Notes: generated by a model from the sequence alone, not told the origin. Shown: positions 1 to 16,450, numbered from the stretch's first letter. The stretch is DNA of 64,000 nucleotides from the human T2T-CHM13v2.0 reference genome, Homo sapiens (GCF_009914755.1 NC_060943.1), one strand, 5' to 3'. Program-made: numbers and translations.

Positions 1-925
1 GTATTAGATGACCCTGGCTTTTGGCAAGAGGAGTCTAGATGGAGGTTTGGTGCTAACTGACACAGTTTCTTGCAGCAGATAGAAATAATCAAACCTGGTT
101 TTCTCTGTGTTAGTATCTCACACACACTTCCACTCCAAATACATCCCTGATGCTGATTAACCTTTGTGTTTATAATTGTATGTCGTCTACAAGGTCCCTT
201 GTAAACCTTAAAGCATGACAAATAGAGGTTACTATATGTTCATGGATTGTCTTTCTTTTAGGGGGGAAGGGATAGGGTCTCACTCTGTCATCCATGCTAG
301 ACTGCAGTGGCACAGTCATAGTTCACTGTAAGCTCAAACTTCTGGACTTAGGCAGTAATCCCAGTTCAGTCTCCCAGGTAGCTGGGACTACAGGCATGTA
401 CCACCATGCCAAGCTATTTTTTTCTAAGTTTTTGTAGATATGCAGTCTTGCTATGTTGTCAAGTCTAGTCTTGAACTCCTGGCCTCAAGCAATCCTCCTG
501 CCTTGGCATCCCAAGGTGCTGGAATTATAAGTGTGAGCCACAGTGCTTGGCTGGAACGTAATTTTCTTTTTTTCTTTCTTTCTTTCTTCTTTGAGACAGT
601 CTCACTCTGTCGCCCAGGCTGGAGTGCAGTGGTGTGATCTCAGCTCACTGCAACCTCCACCTACCGGGTCAAGCGATTCTTATGCCTCAGCCTCCCAAGT
701 AGCTAGGGTTACAGGCATGTGCCAACATGCCTGGCTAATTTTTGTATTTTTAGTAGAGATGGGGTTTCGCCATGTTAGCCATGCTGGTCTCAAACTCCTG
801 ACCTCAGGTGATCCGCCTGCCTCGGCCTCCCAAAGTGCTGGGATTACAGGCATGAGTCACCACGGAACGTAATTTTTAACAATAGCCTTCGGTAATCCAA
901 TTTAGTTGTTCCCAGTGAATTTCTC

Positions 926-1882
926 CTACATCATTACATTTTTTTCTGGGTAGAGTTTACTGAAGAAGGTCTTCTTCATGGCGACCTTCAGCTCCTTGTT
1001 CCTGAGGCTGAAGATGATGGGGCTGAGGAAGGGTGTGAGGACCGTGTAGGTGATGCCCATCAAGGTGTCTCCTTCCAGAGACTGGGGACTTTTGGGCTTC
1101 AGGTAAATGACGGAGGCAAAGCCATAGTGCACGACCACCACAGTGAGGTGAGAGGCACAGGTGGAGAAGGCCTTGTTCCGACCTTCAGCAGAAGGGATCT
1201 TCAAGATGGCGGCCACGATGAAGGCATAGGAGAGGAGGATGAGGAGAAAACAGCCCAGCAGGGCCGTGATACACACCAAGCCCACGCCTTTGGCCACCAC
1301 CAGCACATCGTCTCCACAGGCCAACTTCAACAGAGGTGGCACATGGCAAGCAAAATGGTGGATCTCCTTGTGTCCACAGAAGGCGAGGTGGAAAATGGCC
1401 GAGGTCACCACCATCCCCATGACCAAGCCACCAGCCCAGGAGCAGCCCACCAGGCAGGCGCAGCCCCGCGGGCTCATGAGCACGTTGTAGCGCAGGGGGT
1501 GGCAGATGGCCACGTAGCGGTCGTAGCCCATGACGGTGAGCAGGAAGGAGTGGGTGAAGCCGAAGCTGAAGGAGAAGAACATCTGACTGGCACAGGCCAG
1601 GAAGGCGATGGAGCGCTGGGTGGACAGCAGGTCGGCCAGCATGCGCGGGATGATGGCCACGGTGTAGAGGATCTCGGAGACTGAGAGGACGCACAGGAAG
1701 AGGTACATGGGCGTGTGGAGGCTGCGCTCGCTCCAGACGGTGGCCATGATGAGCAGGTTGCCCAGCAGCGTGAACAGGTACATCAGCAGGAACAGCAGGA
1801 AGAGCATCAGCTGGAGGTGGGGGAAGACAGAGAAGCGGACGAGGATGAATTGGGTCACTGTGGAGTGATTGGCTCTCTGCAT
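926..1882 (-). CDS. OR10H1: Olfactory receptor, family 10 subfamily H, 318 aa, single coding exon
   Basis: Intact ORF with OR motifs GNLLI, LHTPMYLFL, MGYDRYVAICHPLRY, KAFSTCASHL and PFLSPIIFSLRNKE, plus an N-terminal NHS sequon. The termini MQRANHSTVTQF...YPEKNVMM match OR10H1 as I recall it. Confidence 0.95.
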   Translation of the reverse strand: MQRANHSTVTQFILVRFSVFPHLQLMLFLLFLLMYLFTLLGNLLIMATVWSERSLHTPMYLFLCVLSVSEILYTVAIIPRMLADLLSTQRSIAFLACASQMFFSFSFGFTHSFLLTVMGYDRYVAICHPLRYNVLMSPRGCACLVGCSWAGGLVMGMVVTSAIFHLAFCGHKEIHHFACHVPPLLKLACGDDVLVVAKGVGLVCITALLGCFLLILLSYAFIVAAILKIPSAEGRNKAFSTCASHLTVVVVHYGFASVIYLKPKSPQSLEGDTLMGITYTVLTPFLSPIIFSLRNKELKVAMKKTFFSKLYPEKNVMM

Positions 1883-1892
1883 GGAGGCTGTG

Positions 1893-1925
1893 CCTGGGGT
1901 GAGATGTGACAGGGAGATGTCAGTT
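1893..1925 (-). other. Splice acceptor of the OR10H1 coding exon, 11 nt upstream of the ATG
   Basis: Minus strand reads ...ctgacatctccctgtcacatctcaccccag|GCACAGCCTCCATG: a branch-like CTGAC, a pyrimidine tract and CAG. Confidence 0.75.
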
Positions 1926-2210
1926 ACTGCATGAAGAAAAGTTCTCAGCCTTCCCCATACCTGGATTTGCCCAAGGGACTGCTCTTGATAAATGGTTTGG
2001 TTCCATTCCCACTCTGTACCTCCTATAATTTAATACTCTCGTCAACCTAGTGAGAACGGTACTATTTTTTCAACCCCCTTTTGAAGTACCTTGAGCATAG
2101 TCATTGAGAATATTGAAATGTAGAGCTTGCTCAAGGCCAAGCTGTTGAAACGGTAGATCAGAGACTGGAACCCATAGCTGGGCTGGCTCTAAAACCTGTA
2201 CCCTTCACTA

Positions 2211-2396
<186 letters not shown>

Positions 2397-2477
2397 TTAA
2401 AGAAAGAAGAAAATGGCCGGGCACGGTGGCTCACGCCTATAATCCCAACACTTTGGGAGGCTGAGGCAGGCGGATCA

Positions 2478-2780
<303 letters not shown>

Positions 2781-2997
2781 CTACTCCCTTCTGATAAATC
2801 ACGTTCATCCCCCAGCTCCAGGTATCATGAGACGTTCCCACCCATGGCTGCAACTCCTTGGAACAGGGCGCGTCTCTAAATCTGAACCAACCAGACTTCC
2901 TCTGGGGTTATCCATGTAGGAAAGCAGAGGCAGGAGACTGTGTTGCTCTAAGGAAGGAGCCAGAAATCATGCTTTGGTTGTTTTCCAGCTCCCATGA

Positions 2998-3513
<516 letters not shown>

Positions 3514-3823
3514 TGAGCTTTTCTTAAGTGACCTGGCATGCAGTAGATGCTACATATGATAATTAATACAGTAAATGAGTGACTGTACATGGTCTTTGCT
3601 CAGTAACTTTAATTTCATGAGATTTCTATGTGTCTTTATGAAACAATTAAATATATTCAATTTTTTTTTTTTCAAAAGACAGGGTCTGGCTCTGTCACCC
3701 AGGCTGGAGTGCAGTGGCACAATTATCATAGCTCACTGCAGCCTTCGGCTCCTGGGCTTAAGCGATCTTCCCTTCTCAGCCCCCTTAAATAGCTGGGACT
3801 ACAGGCATGCACCACCATGCTTA

Positions 3824-4030
<207 letters not shown>

Positions 4031-5194
4031 TCAAGAGGCTGAGTTAGGAGAATCGCTTGATCTGGGAGATGGAGGTTGCAGTGAGCCAAGATCACACCAC
4101 TGCACTCCAGGCTGGGTGACAGAGCAAGACTCCTTCTCAAAAAAAAAAAAAAAAAAGGAGTAAACTACCACTCTGCTTTCTGTTTCTACGGATGTGTCTG
4201 TTCTGAACATTTTACATAAATGGAATCATACGAGATGGGGCCTTTTGTGTCTCATTTCTTTCACTGAACATAATGTTTTAGGGTTCATTTGCATTGTAGC
4301 ATGCAATTGTAACAGTATTAAAACACCACAGCATGCGTCTGAGCTTTATTCCTGTTTATGGCTGAACGATTTTCCATTTTATGAATATGCGTCATCTTTT
4401 CATGGACATGAGGGTTGTGCCCCACCTGTTGGCCTTCGTGAACAATGCTGCAATGAAAATGCTTGTAGCATTTGGAACCTATCAGTGGTTTCCAGGGGCT
4501 GGGGTGAGGGGAGAATGGGGAGTGACTGCTAATAGATACGGTGTTTCCTTTTGGGCTAATAAAAAATTATTACCTTTGTCTGGAACTAGGCAAAGGTGGT
4601 GTTAGTGCAACAGCATAAATGTTCTTGATGCCACTGAATTGTATACTTTTAAGTGTTTATGTGGAAATCCAGTAATAAAAGGCAAATGCAGTGGGCTTTC
4701 TCAAAAATAAAATAAAATAAAAATAAAGAAATAAAATAAAATAAAAATAAAGAAAAGAAAATAAATAAATAAATAGGTAAATTTCAGGTTGTATGTATGT
4801 TATTACAATAAAAAGATCATTTTAGAAAGGGTAGTTCACTTCCCTTTAAGTGGGCTCAGGTCCTCAGTCAAGCCCTGGCAGGTTTATAGTGAGAGATGAA
4901 GGAAGAACCAGCTCCTTTGGTGAGCAGAGGCTGCATTCTCCAAACATCGTTGGTCTCCAGAGTTTCTTGGTCTCTCTTCCTGGAATCACTCTCGTTTTGC
5001 CCCACTTCTGGGTCAGTACTTGCCCGTAGCTCCACAGAATAGTGGCCCCCACAGCACCACCATGTCCCGCCACTCTGAGATCTTAGAGGAGTAAATGACT
5101 TGGAAACAAGAACCTCCAAGAAGAGGCCAAATGGGCGAGATTGGTGCCCTGGGGTGGTGCTCACAAACCCTCTGTGGCTCCCCAGTGCCTAAGG

Positions 5195-5408
5195 CAGGGT
5201 TTCTCAACCTTGGGACTGTTGATATTTAGGGCCAGGTCATTCTTTCTGTGGGGAGCTGTTCTGTGTCTCATAACATGTTTAGTAGCATCCCTGGTCTCTG
5301 TCAACTCAATGCCAGCAGCCATTGCTCAGTCATGACAACCAAAAAATGTCTCCAGAAAACACCCATGTCTCCATGGGGCTCAAAGTCACCCCCAGTTGAG
5401 AACCGCTG
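5195..5408. mobile_element. MER20 (hAT) DNA transposon
   Basis: Terminal motifs cagggtttctcaacc...ggttgagaaccgctg-like and a typical MER20 body. Confidence 0.7.
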
Positions 5409-6189
5409 ATCCAGAGAGTGCAGCCGCAACTCCTTCACACCCTCCCTCTGCTGGGATCCCCATTCCTCCACTTCTTCACCTGGCAAACCCCTGTTTGTTG
5501 TTAAGATTCAGCTTAGATGTCACCTCTTCCATGCAGTCCTCCTGGATATTTCTTCCCAAGGCATATTAAGCCACCCATTCCTGGGTGCTTTCAAAATAAT
5601 GATTCCCAGTTAATGGTAACAGCAGGCATTGGTTCAATTCTCGCTCTGTGCCTCCTACAAGTAACTTTAAAGCTCCTTGCTCATGACTTTGTTATGATGT
5701 TTGCCGTGATATGTCATGTTGGAGCTGTGTCTATCCCTGGAACCTGATTGTGAATCCCTGAAGCCAAGGACTGTTGTGTCTACAGCACCAGTGCTGTGTA
5801 CTCAACAACAACACCGATGAGAGCAGCTGCCCTTTACTGGATATGTCCTACAGACCAGGCACTGCACTCACATCACTCATGCTATTCTTATTGAATATTT
5901 ACCCCCACATTAGAAGTCATCTGCTCTGATCCCTATTTTACAGACAGGGAAACTGAAACCCACGACACATCACTTGCCTTAGGTGCCTTGAGTCTGAAGT
6001 GGGGGCCCAGGGTCTGAGCTTAGGTCTGATTGATCTCAAAGCCTGTCTTTTCCTAACCTCTTGTTATACTCACCAGTTGCTGGTGGCTGTTTCAAAGGCC
6101 ACTAGGAGATGCTGCTTCCCCATGACTGACCGTCTACACACTCTTGTTCATATCAATTCAGATCACAAGAATCGACAGCGAGTGAGTGA

Positions 6190-6610
6190 ACAAGGTGGGG
6201 GGAGAGAGAGAGAGAGAAAAGGAGGAGGAGGAGGAGGAAAAGAAAGAAAAAAGGGAGGAAGAAAGAGAGGGAGGGAGGGAGGAAGGAAAGAAGGATAAAA
6301 GGAAGGAAGGATGGGGACTGCAGGAGGAAGGAAGGAGGGAGGGAGGGAAGGAGGAAGGAAGGAACGAAGGAAGGAAGGAAGGAGAGTGAGGGAGGAAAGG
6401 AGGAGAGTGAGGAAGGAAGAAAGGAGGGAGGGAGGCAGGAAGGAAGGAGAGTGAGGGAGGAAAGAAGGAGAGTGAGGAAGGAAGGAAGAAAGGGAGGGAG
6501 GGAGGCAGGAAGGAAGGAAGGAGAGTGAGGGAGGAAAGAAGGAGAGTGAGATAGGAAGAAACGAGGGAGGGAGGAATGGAGGGAGGAAGGAAGGGAGGGA
6601 GGGAGAAACC
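6190..6610 (+). repeat. Purine-rich GGAA/GGAG tract containing about 2.5 copies of a ~70-bp unit
   Basis: Almost only G and A on the plus strand. The unit aaggaaggagagtgagggaggaaag(a/g)aggagagtgag...gggaggcagg recurs at about 6372-6550. Confidence 0.9.
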
Positions 6611-7249
6611 TTGAGAGGACAGGAGCCGATCACGTCTGTAGGAGGTAGCTGAGGGCTGCATGTAACACCGTCTGGAATGATGGGATGCAGAATGCAGCTA
6701 AAAGGGTAGTCCAGTCATTCTGGAAAAATCAAAACCATGGAGACAGCAAAAGATCAATGGCTTCCAGGGGACCAGTGGGTGAGAGGGAGGGATGAATGGG
6801 TGGGGCACAGAGGGTTTTTAAGACAGTGTAACTATGTTGTGTGATACTGTCATGGTAGATACAGGACATTGTGCATTTGTCAAAACCCAGAGAATGTACA
6901 GCCCCAAGAGTGAACTCTAATGTAACTGTGGATTTCAGTCAATGACAATGTGTCAACACTGGTTCATCAGTTGTAACAGATTAATGGTAAAAAAAAAAAA
7001 AAAATCCCAGTTGCTAATTATAGGGGAAATTGTGTGCAGGCGGAGAGAGGGTATATGGAGATTCTCTGCAGTATCTATCTGCTCTATGTTCTGTAAATCT
7101 GAAACTGCTCTTAAAATAAAGTCTATTAATTTTAAAAAGTAAAACAAAACCAAACCCATGGTGGATGTGGGACTAGGATAGCAGCGAGGAGGATTTAGAG
7201 CTTCTGGGCATTGATTCACCAGCAGAACATCCAGTGGGTTCCTCTGTAG

Positions 7250-7780
7250 GTAAAACAGAGAGAGAGAAAGGTAGGAAGAGAAAGAGAGAGATGGGGATAG
7301 AGAGAGAGGCAGGGGAAGAGAGAGAGAGAGAGAGAGAGAGGAGGCGAGGGAGAAACAGAGAGAGAGAGGTGGGGAGAGAAAGAAAGAGAGGTGGGGAGAG
7401 AGAAAGAGAGAGACAGAGAGGTGGAGACACAGAGAGATGTGGGGAAAGAGCACACACAGAGAGAGAGAGAGATGGAGGGAGAGAGAGAAGTGGGGAGATA
7501 GAGAGTGGGAGGTGGGGGGAGAGAGAGAGAGAAGGACAGGGAGAAAGACACAGAGAGAGGTGGGGAGAGAGAAGTGGGGAGAGAGACACAGAGAGTGTGG
7601 GAGGTGGGGAGAGAGAGGGTTGGGGAAAGAGAGAGAGAGACAGAGAGAAGGGTGGGGAGAGAGAGAGAAGTGGAGAGAGAGGGAGGTGGGAAGAGAAACA
7701 GAGAGAGGAAAGAGAGGTAGGGAGAAAGAGAGGACAGAGGGGAAAGAGAAGAAAAAGGTGAGAAGAAAGAGAGAGAGCAA
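7250..7780 (+). repeat. GA-rich low-complexity tract with (GA)n and GTGGGGAGAGA motifs
   Basis: Direct reading of the sequence. Confidence 0.9.
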
Positions 7781-7892
7781 GCAAGCCCACTGTCTAGCAC
7801 TGACAGGAACACCCGGTGGGGCCAGTTCTCCACTCAGAGACTCTAGGGCTAAGCGTGGCTGTGGACAAGTCCTGCCACAGACATCCCTAGAG

Positions 7893-8080
7893 CAGGGTTT
7901 CCTGCCTTCAGCATTAGGGACGCTAGGGGCGAATCATTCTCTCTCAGAGGGGTGTCCTGTGCACTGCAGGAGACTGAGCAGCATTCTTGGTCTCCACCCA
8001 CCAGATAGATACCAGCAGCACTCCCCAGTCACGACAATCAGAAATGTCCTTATACGTTGTCACGTGTCTCCTGGGTGACA
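7893..8080. mobile_element. MER20 fragment
   Basis: MER20-like body: cagggtttc...ggggtgtcctgtgcactgcagg...aaatgtc. Confidence 0.6.
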
Positions 8081-8286
8081 GCATCACTCCATGGGCCAGG
8101 CCTGTCTTGTCTCTGAGACCCCATCTGGCCTTAACTCTCACCCATCCTGGCTCTCTCTTCTTAGTGAAGCTGTCTGGCCTCCCCTCTCTTCCACTTAAGC
8201 CACCACTTCCCTCTCTTTTCTCTCCATCTTCTCATCCCCAGCTCCTAACCATTCCCTCACCACCTGCTCCCATTGACGCCTCCCTT

Positions 8287-8288
8287 GT

Positions 8289-8358
<70 letters not shown>
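8287..8358 (+). repeat. Compound (TG)n(AG)n microsatellite at an Alu tail
   Basis: Direct reading of the sequence. Confidence 0.95.
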
Positions 8359-8363
<5 letters not shown>

Positions 8364-8467
8364 TATCCCTCTGTCACCCAGGCTGGAGTGCAGAGGCACA
8401 ATCACAGCTCACTGCAGCCTTAACTTCCTGGGCTCAAGCAATCCTCCCACCTCAATCTCTGGAGTAG

Positions 8468-8788
<321 letters not shown>

Positions 8789-9002
8789 TGAGCATTGGCT
8801 GTCTTCTCTCTGCACCTGTTACCTCCCCCATCCAAGGGACCTACCTCATGAGGCAGCAGGAGCTCTAAAGAAGGCAAGTCCTGGCTGGGCACGATGGCTC
8901 ATGCCTGTAATCCCAGTACTTTGGGAAGCCGAGGCGGGTGGATCACGAGATCAGGAGTTCAAGACCAGCCTGTCCAGCATGGTGAAACCCCTGTCTCTAC
9001 TA

Positions 9003-9203
<201 letters not shown>

Positions 9204-9373
9204 CTAAGCAAACAGCACACTGACTAAGACGTGGTGAGTGGCCTCTGCCTGTCACCCACTGCCCTGTAGACTCACATTGCTAAAGGAGTAATATAAACAG
9301 GTGGTTTCTTGGAGTCCCTGGCAGGTGCTGGTTCCCCAGGTCTCTCCTGGTCAGGTGGCTGAGAGGGGAGGTG

Positions 9374-9815
9374 ACTCACCTGGGACTCCAGGCATCTGCT
9401 TCTGCTTCATCCCAGTAGGAGGCTCTAGTCTGGAGTTTCTCCACAGGTGGGAGCTGACCAGGTGTGGGCTGCACCAAGCAGCCACACCAGCTGAGCCGGG
9501 GGCTTGACTGAGCCCAAATGCGATTATTTATCCCTCCCTGACTCCCTGCCCACCGGCTTCCCTCGCTGTGGTCCTACTGTCTCTGTCTCCGCTACAGGGA
9601 TGCTGGGACCCCGGGGACCCTGCCAGAGAGGAGGCAACCTCAGGGAATCTGTATCCTCACTTTCCCATTCCCCCCGCCTGCCAGGGGTGAGTCAATTCCC
9701 TGAGCTTGTCAAGAGCTTGAGCAGAGTCTAGTGCTCTACAGATTTGGGGTTTGGGCCCATGACTGTTGAAATTGACAGGAGGGCAGCCCTGCCATTGCCC
9801 CCAGGGACTGCAGAG
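9374..9815 (-). promoter_or_regulatory. Candidate OR10H1 first non-coding exon and promoter
   Basis: Consensus donor CAG|GTGAGT at 9380/9379. Upstream is a cluster of EBF (O/E)-like CCCNNGGG motifs (about 9607, 9638, 9695, 9800), AT-rich ATAAATAAT near 9525 and AP-1 TGAGTCA at 9688-9694. Confidence 0.55.
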
Positions 9816-9891
9816 GCTGCCTTGATATGCCCCGTCACCTTCATTCTTCTCCAACTGGGTCATTTGCCCAACTAAATGTCCTTTAAAATAA

Positions 9892-10297
<406 letters not shown>

Positions 10298-10968
10298 TGA
10301 CGGTGAATTTAATGGGTATCCCTTCAGATCTTCATGAGCATGTAGGATGTGAAAACAATGCAAACCCATAAAATCAGAGTTCTGTTGTGCATTATTGTTG
10401 CTTTCGCTTCGTTCTGCTTTTGAGGTGAAATTCACATAAAATAATCAACCACTTTAAAGTATACAATTCGCTGGGATTGAATGCATTCACAATGTTGTGT
10501 GGCCGCCGCCTCTGTCTAGTTCCAAAATGTTTTCATCACCTAATACCCATTAGCAGCCACTCCCCTACCCCACCCAGTCCTTCAAAACCACCAATTTGTT
10601 TTCTGGCTCTGGCTCTATGGACTTGCCTATTCTAGACATTTCATATAAATGGGACTATATACTACTATATATAACGATGCATTATGATTGCCCCTGTGAG
10701 TAGCCACGGCACTCCAGCCATTTTGTCAACACAAAAATGTCGACATTGCCAAGACTGAGAAACCTTGGTCTGCATAAACTCACATAGAGTTCACTCTAAG
10801 ACGCTGAGTGAAAAACCAAGTTACGGAAAGATATCTATGGGAGAATCAGATCTGCATTTTAAAAACACACAAAATGGTTTGACAGTTTATCAAAAAGTTA
10901 ACATAGAAATTATCAAAGGACTCAGCAATTTCACTCCTAGGTATACACCCAAAAGAATGGAAAAGGAG

Positions 10969-11345
<377 letters not shown>

Positions 11346-11659
11346 TTAATTTTTCTGTAGAGAGTAGGATTTCACTTTGTTTCTCAGGCTGCTCTTGGAA
11401 CTCCTGGGCTTAAGCGATTCTCCTGCCTTGACCTCCCAAAGTGCTTGGATTGCAGGTGTGAGCCACTGGACATGGCCTGATCCAAACGTCTATCAATGGC
11501 AGATCCAAATGTCTATTAATAAATAAATGGATAAACAAAGTGTGGTATAATCATATAATGGCTATTATTCAGCCACAGAAAGGAATAGCATCCCAGTCCA
11601 GGCCACAGTAGAGATGAACGTTGAAAACATGTGCTATGTGAAAGGAGCTAGGCTTTTAA

Positions 11660-12830
11660 TTTTATGGATAATTCCATACAAATGATATCTCTTTGATACA
11701 CTGATTTCTTTTCTTTGGAGTATATACTTAAGCAGTGGCATTTCTGGATCATATGATAGCTCTATGTTTAGTTTTCTGAGAAACCGCCATACTATTATCC
11801 ATAGTGGTTGTATTAATTTACTTTCCCACCAAAAAATCATGAGGGTTCCCTTTTCTCAGCATCCTCCCAGGCATTCCTTATTGCCTGTCTTCTGGATAAA
11901 TGCCATCTTAACTGGGTTGAGACATTATCTTGTAGTGTTGATTTGCATTTCTCTCATGATCAGTGAGGTTGAGCATCTTTTAATATGCCTGTTTGCCATG
12001 TGTATGTCTTCTTTTCAGAAATGTTTATTCAGATCTTTGGCCCATTTTAAAATCAGATCATTAATTTTTTTCCTATTGAGTTGTTTGAGCCCCTTATGTA
12101 TCCTGGTTATTAATCCCCTATCAGATGGATAGTTTGCAAGTATTTTCTCCCATTCTGTGATTGTCTCTTCACTTTGTTTATTTTTTATTTACTTTTATTT
12201 TTTTTTATTTTTTATTTTTGAGATGGAGTCTCGCTCTGTCGACCAGGCTGGAGCACAGTGGCTCAATCTTGGCTCAATGCAACCTCCACCTCCCGGGTTC
12301 CAGCAATTCTCCTGCCTCAGCCTCCTGAGTAGCTGGGATTATGGGCACACGCCACCATGCCCAGCTAGTTTTCTGTATTTTTAGTAGAAATGGAGTTTCA
12401 CCATGTTGGCCAGGCTGGTCTCGAACCCCTGACCTCAGGTGATCAGCCCACCTCGGCCTTCCAGAGTGCTGGGATTACAGGCGTGAGCCACCACGCCCAG
12501 CCCACTTTGTTTATTGTTTCCTTTGCTGTGCAGGTTGTAACGTGATGTGATCCCAGTTACCCATTTTTGCTCTCGTTGTCTATGCCCGTAGTCAAGAAAT
12601 TTTTGCCCAGACCAGTGTCCTGGAGAGTTTCCCTAATGTTTTATTTTAGTAGTTTCATAGTTTGGGGTCTTAGATTTAAGTCTTTAATCCATTTTGACTT
12701 TACTTTTTTATGTGGTGAGAGATAGGGGTCTAGTTTCATTCTTCTGTACATGGATATCTGGTTTTCCCAGGACCATTTACTGAAGACAGTGTCATTTCCC
12801 CAGTGTATGTTCTTGGCATCTTTGTCTTGG
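11660..12830 (-). mobile_element. L1 (L1MA-like) ORF2 3' fragment interrupted by an Alu
   Basis: Translates to L1 ORF2-like peptides: IQPLWIIVWRFLRKLNIELSYDP and KLDPYLSPHKKVKSKWIKDLNLRPQT. Confidence 0.85.
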
Positions 12831-13198
12831 AGGAATTTAGATACGCTGGAGGGACCCGCAGAAATAAGATATGGCAGCACGTATACAAATTAAAGCCTTA
12901 AAATTTTTGGAGAGATTTTTCAAAATTTGGAATGATATAAATATAATGAAGAACTTTGAACTTAACCATTTCTAACTTATCTGTTCCAGGAGCACATAAA
13001 CAGACTAATCGGGATTATAAAACATGCTCACACTAAGTAACTAATATGCAGACATTTATGGAGCGACAACTGTGTGCCTGGCACCAAGGTACAAAGATAA
13101 ATGAAGCTGGAAACCTTCTCCTGTGGAGTACACAGTGGCAGGAAAGACACAAATATTAAAGTTAAAATTATGTCACGGTGGCAGGGCACGGTGGCTCA

Positions 13199-13477
<279 letters not shown>

Positions 13478-14492
13478 TCATGGTGTGATCGATGTTGAGC
13501 TAGCAAGGAGGGGTGGCAGGACCAGGAAAAGTCCATCAAAATTGGTGATGGGAGTCATAAGGATGAGTAGACTTCAGCCAGTCAGAAGATCAGAGAAAAG
13601 GTGCTACAAGTAGACAGAACAGAGTCTTGAAGATGGCTTCAGAGGGATATGGTGGAACGAGCCTGAATGCAGTCTAGTAAGCCAGGGACATGAGGCAAGG
13701 AGAGGACAAAGATGGAAGAGGGTCTGGAGAGGTGGCCAAGGACAGCTTAAGGAGACTTGGAGGGTGGTCGAAGGAGCTGTGGCTTCCTCTTGATGTCTGG
13801 AGAGTCACCAGAGGGTTTAAATCCTTGTAATCCCAGCACTTTGGGAGGCCGAGGCAGGAGGATCACTTGAGGCCAGGAGTTCAAGACCAGTCTGGGAAAC
13901 ATAATGAGACCCCCCCATCTCTACCAACAATTATTTACAAATTAAAAATAAATAAATAAATCCTATGAGTGACATGTTCAGCCACCTGAGGGAGGATGGG
14001 ATCGGGGGAGGTGATGACTGAACAGCTTCAACCAACTCAGAACAGCCAGTTGTCAACTTCTGAAAATTGCTGCAACCTGGTTGTTAAACACAGCTCTGAT
14101 TAAAAGTAAACTGTATGAAATTACAGTGAAATAAATTAAGGGAATCTAGGAGTGAGCTCTGTCTTCTCACTTCTGTCATGATTGAAAGGTTCATCTATGA
14201 CTCTTAGCGTTATTTTCAGCACCTACCAATTGATGGCAGGTCTTCTGTAAATACAGATTATAAGGAGATTGATTCTTCTATCTGAAAGTCTCAGAAGTTC
14301 TTAGAGACAAATAATTTTCTTAAAGATTAAGCAGGTGAGAAAGTAATGAACTCTAGAAGCTTAAAGCTGTAATAACTGCTTAAAATGTATCACTTCTTAA
14401 TTATTTCATATATATTTTACCATTGTCTGTGCTTTTGAGTTTATGACTATTGCACGTGTACTGTGGAAATACTCCATATACTAGTAGCACAT

Positions 14493-14995
14493 CAGCAGGC
14501 TTCAACCTTTTTGGCACCAGGGACCAGTTTCATGGAAGATAATTTTTCCACGGACTGGGGTTGGGGGATGGTTTCGGGATGATTCAGGCACATGACATTT
14601 ATTGTTGTGCACTTTATTTCTATTATTATTACATTGTAATATATAATGAGGTAATTATACAACTCACCATCATGTAGAATCAGTGGAAGCCCTGAGCTTG
14701 TTTTCCTGCAACTGGACTGTCCCATCTGAGGGTGATGGGAGACAGTAATAGATCATCAGGCATGAGATTCCCATAAAGAGCACCCAACCCAGATTCCTCG
14801 TGTGCACAGTTCACAATAGGGTTCACGCTCCTATAGGAATCTAATACCAGCATGCCACCATTGACCCATCTGACAGGAGGCGGAGCTCAAGTGGTAATGC
14901 TCACCCCACCCCACCCCTTCCGCCACTCTCCTGCTGTGTGGCCCAGATCTAACAGCCACAGACCGCTACCAGCTGGGCGTTTTGGGGAACCCCTG
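14493..14995. mobile_element. MER1A-like hAT-Charlie element
   Basis: Begins ...caacctttttggcaccagggaccagtttcatggaagataatttttccacggac and ends ggggaacccctg. Confidence 0.7.
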
Positions 14996-15626
14996 TCTTA
15001 TGGGACACAACAAAACCAGTGCTGAAGAAGAAAAATAACCTTGGCGTCTTCTTCAGTTGTGAGACTATTGTGACCGTGTCTGTGGGTGACTGAGCTCTTA
15101 TGTAGCTGCAGGGATTGGAGTAACTGAGGTCACTCACACTCATGACCTGGGTTCTGCCACTGCTTCCTCCACCATCTCACATCACAGCCGCTTGGGATCT
15201 CTGTTGACTCTTCGAAAGCATGGGTGGATGTGGATTCACAAAGACATTTTCCAGCCAGAAGGCTCAGAGAGGGGACTTAAACTGGAAAACTTAGGCCTAG
15301 AAATGGCCACAAGACTGGCACTGAAACGGTATGCCAGTGCTCAAGGATTAGGATGCCCCCAAGGAGGTATCACTTGGGGAAAACCGTTGATGATTATCTC
15401 TATGGAATTACAGAAATGCCAAATATATAACCCAAGAAACTTGGTGTGCACTCAATGACACAGCATGGGAGGGAGACCTCTTACTTCTATCCAGATGTTT
15501 GTGATGTATGGGTATCTTTGGCCACCGGGTGCTCCTACCATCAAAAAGAGCTTCAAGACAGGCTTGTTGGGGCCTTGAGTCCTTTTACCCTAGTCTTTCA
15601 GCTCTTGCTAAGAAGAATCCCAGCTA

Positions 15627-16450
<824 letters not shown>

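Noticed and set aside
1127-1694. Overlapping ORFs (185, 169 and 83 aa) within OR10H1
   Set aside because: Alternative-frame or antisense shadows of a GC-rich CDS, with no motifs or independent support.
6158-8078. Long Ser/Leu/Pro-rich or Arg/Glu/Gly-rich ORFs (up to 275 aa)
   Set aside because: Translations of purine-rich low-complexity repeats that lack stop codons.
12873-12938. Short resemblance to the U6 snRNA 5' part (ggcagcacgtatac...aaaatttggaatgata)
   Set aside because: The match is short and split by about 30 unrelated bases, with no TSD or tail. Probably chance.
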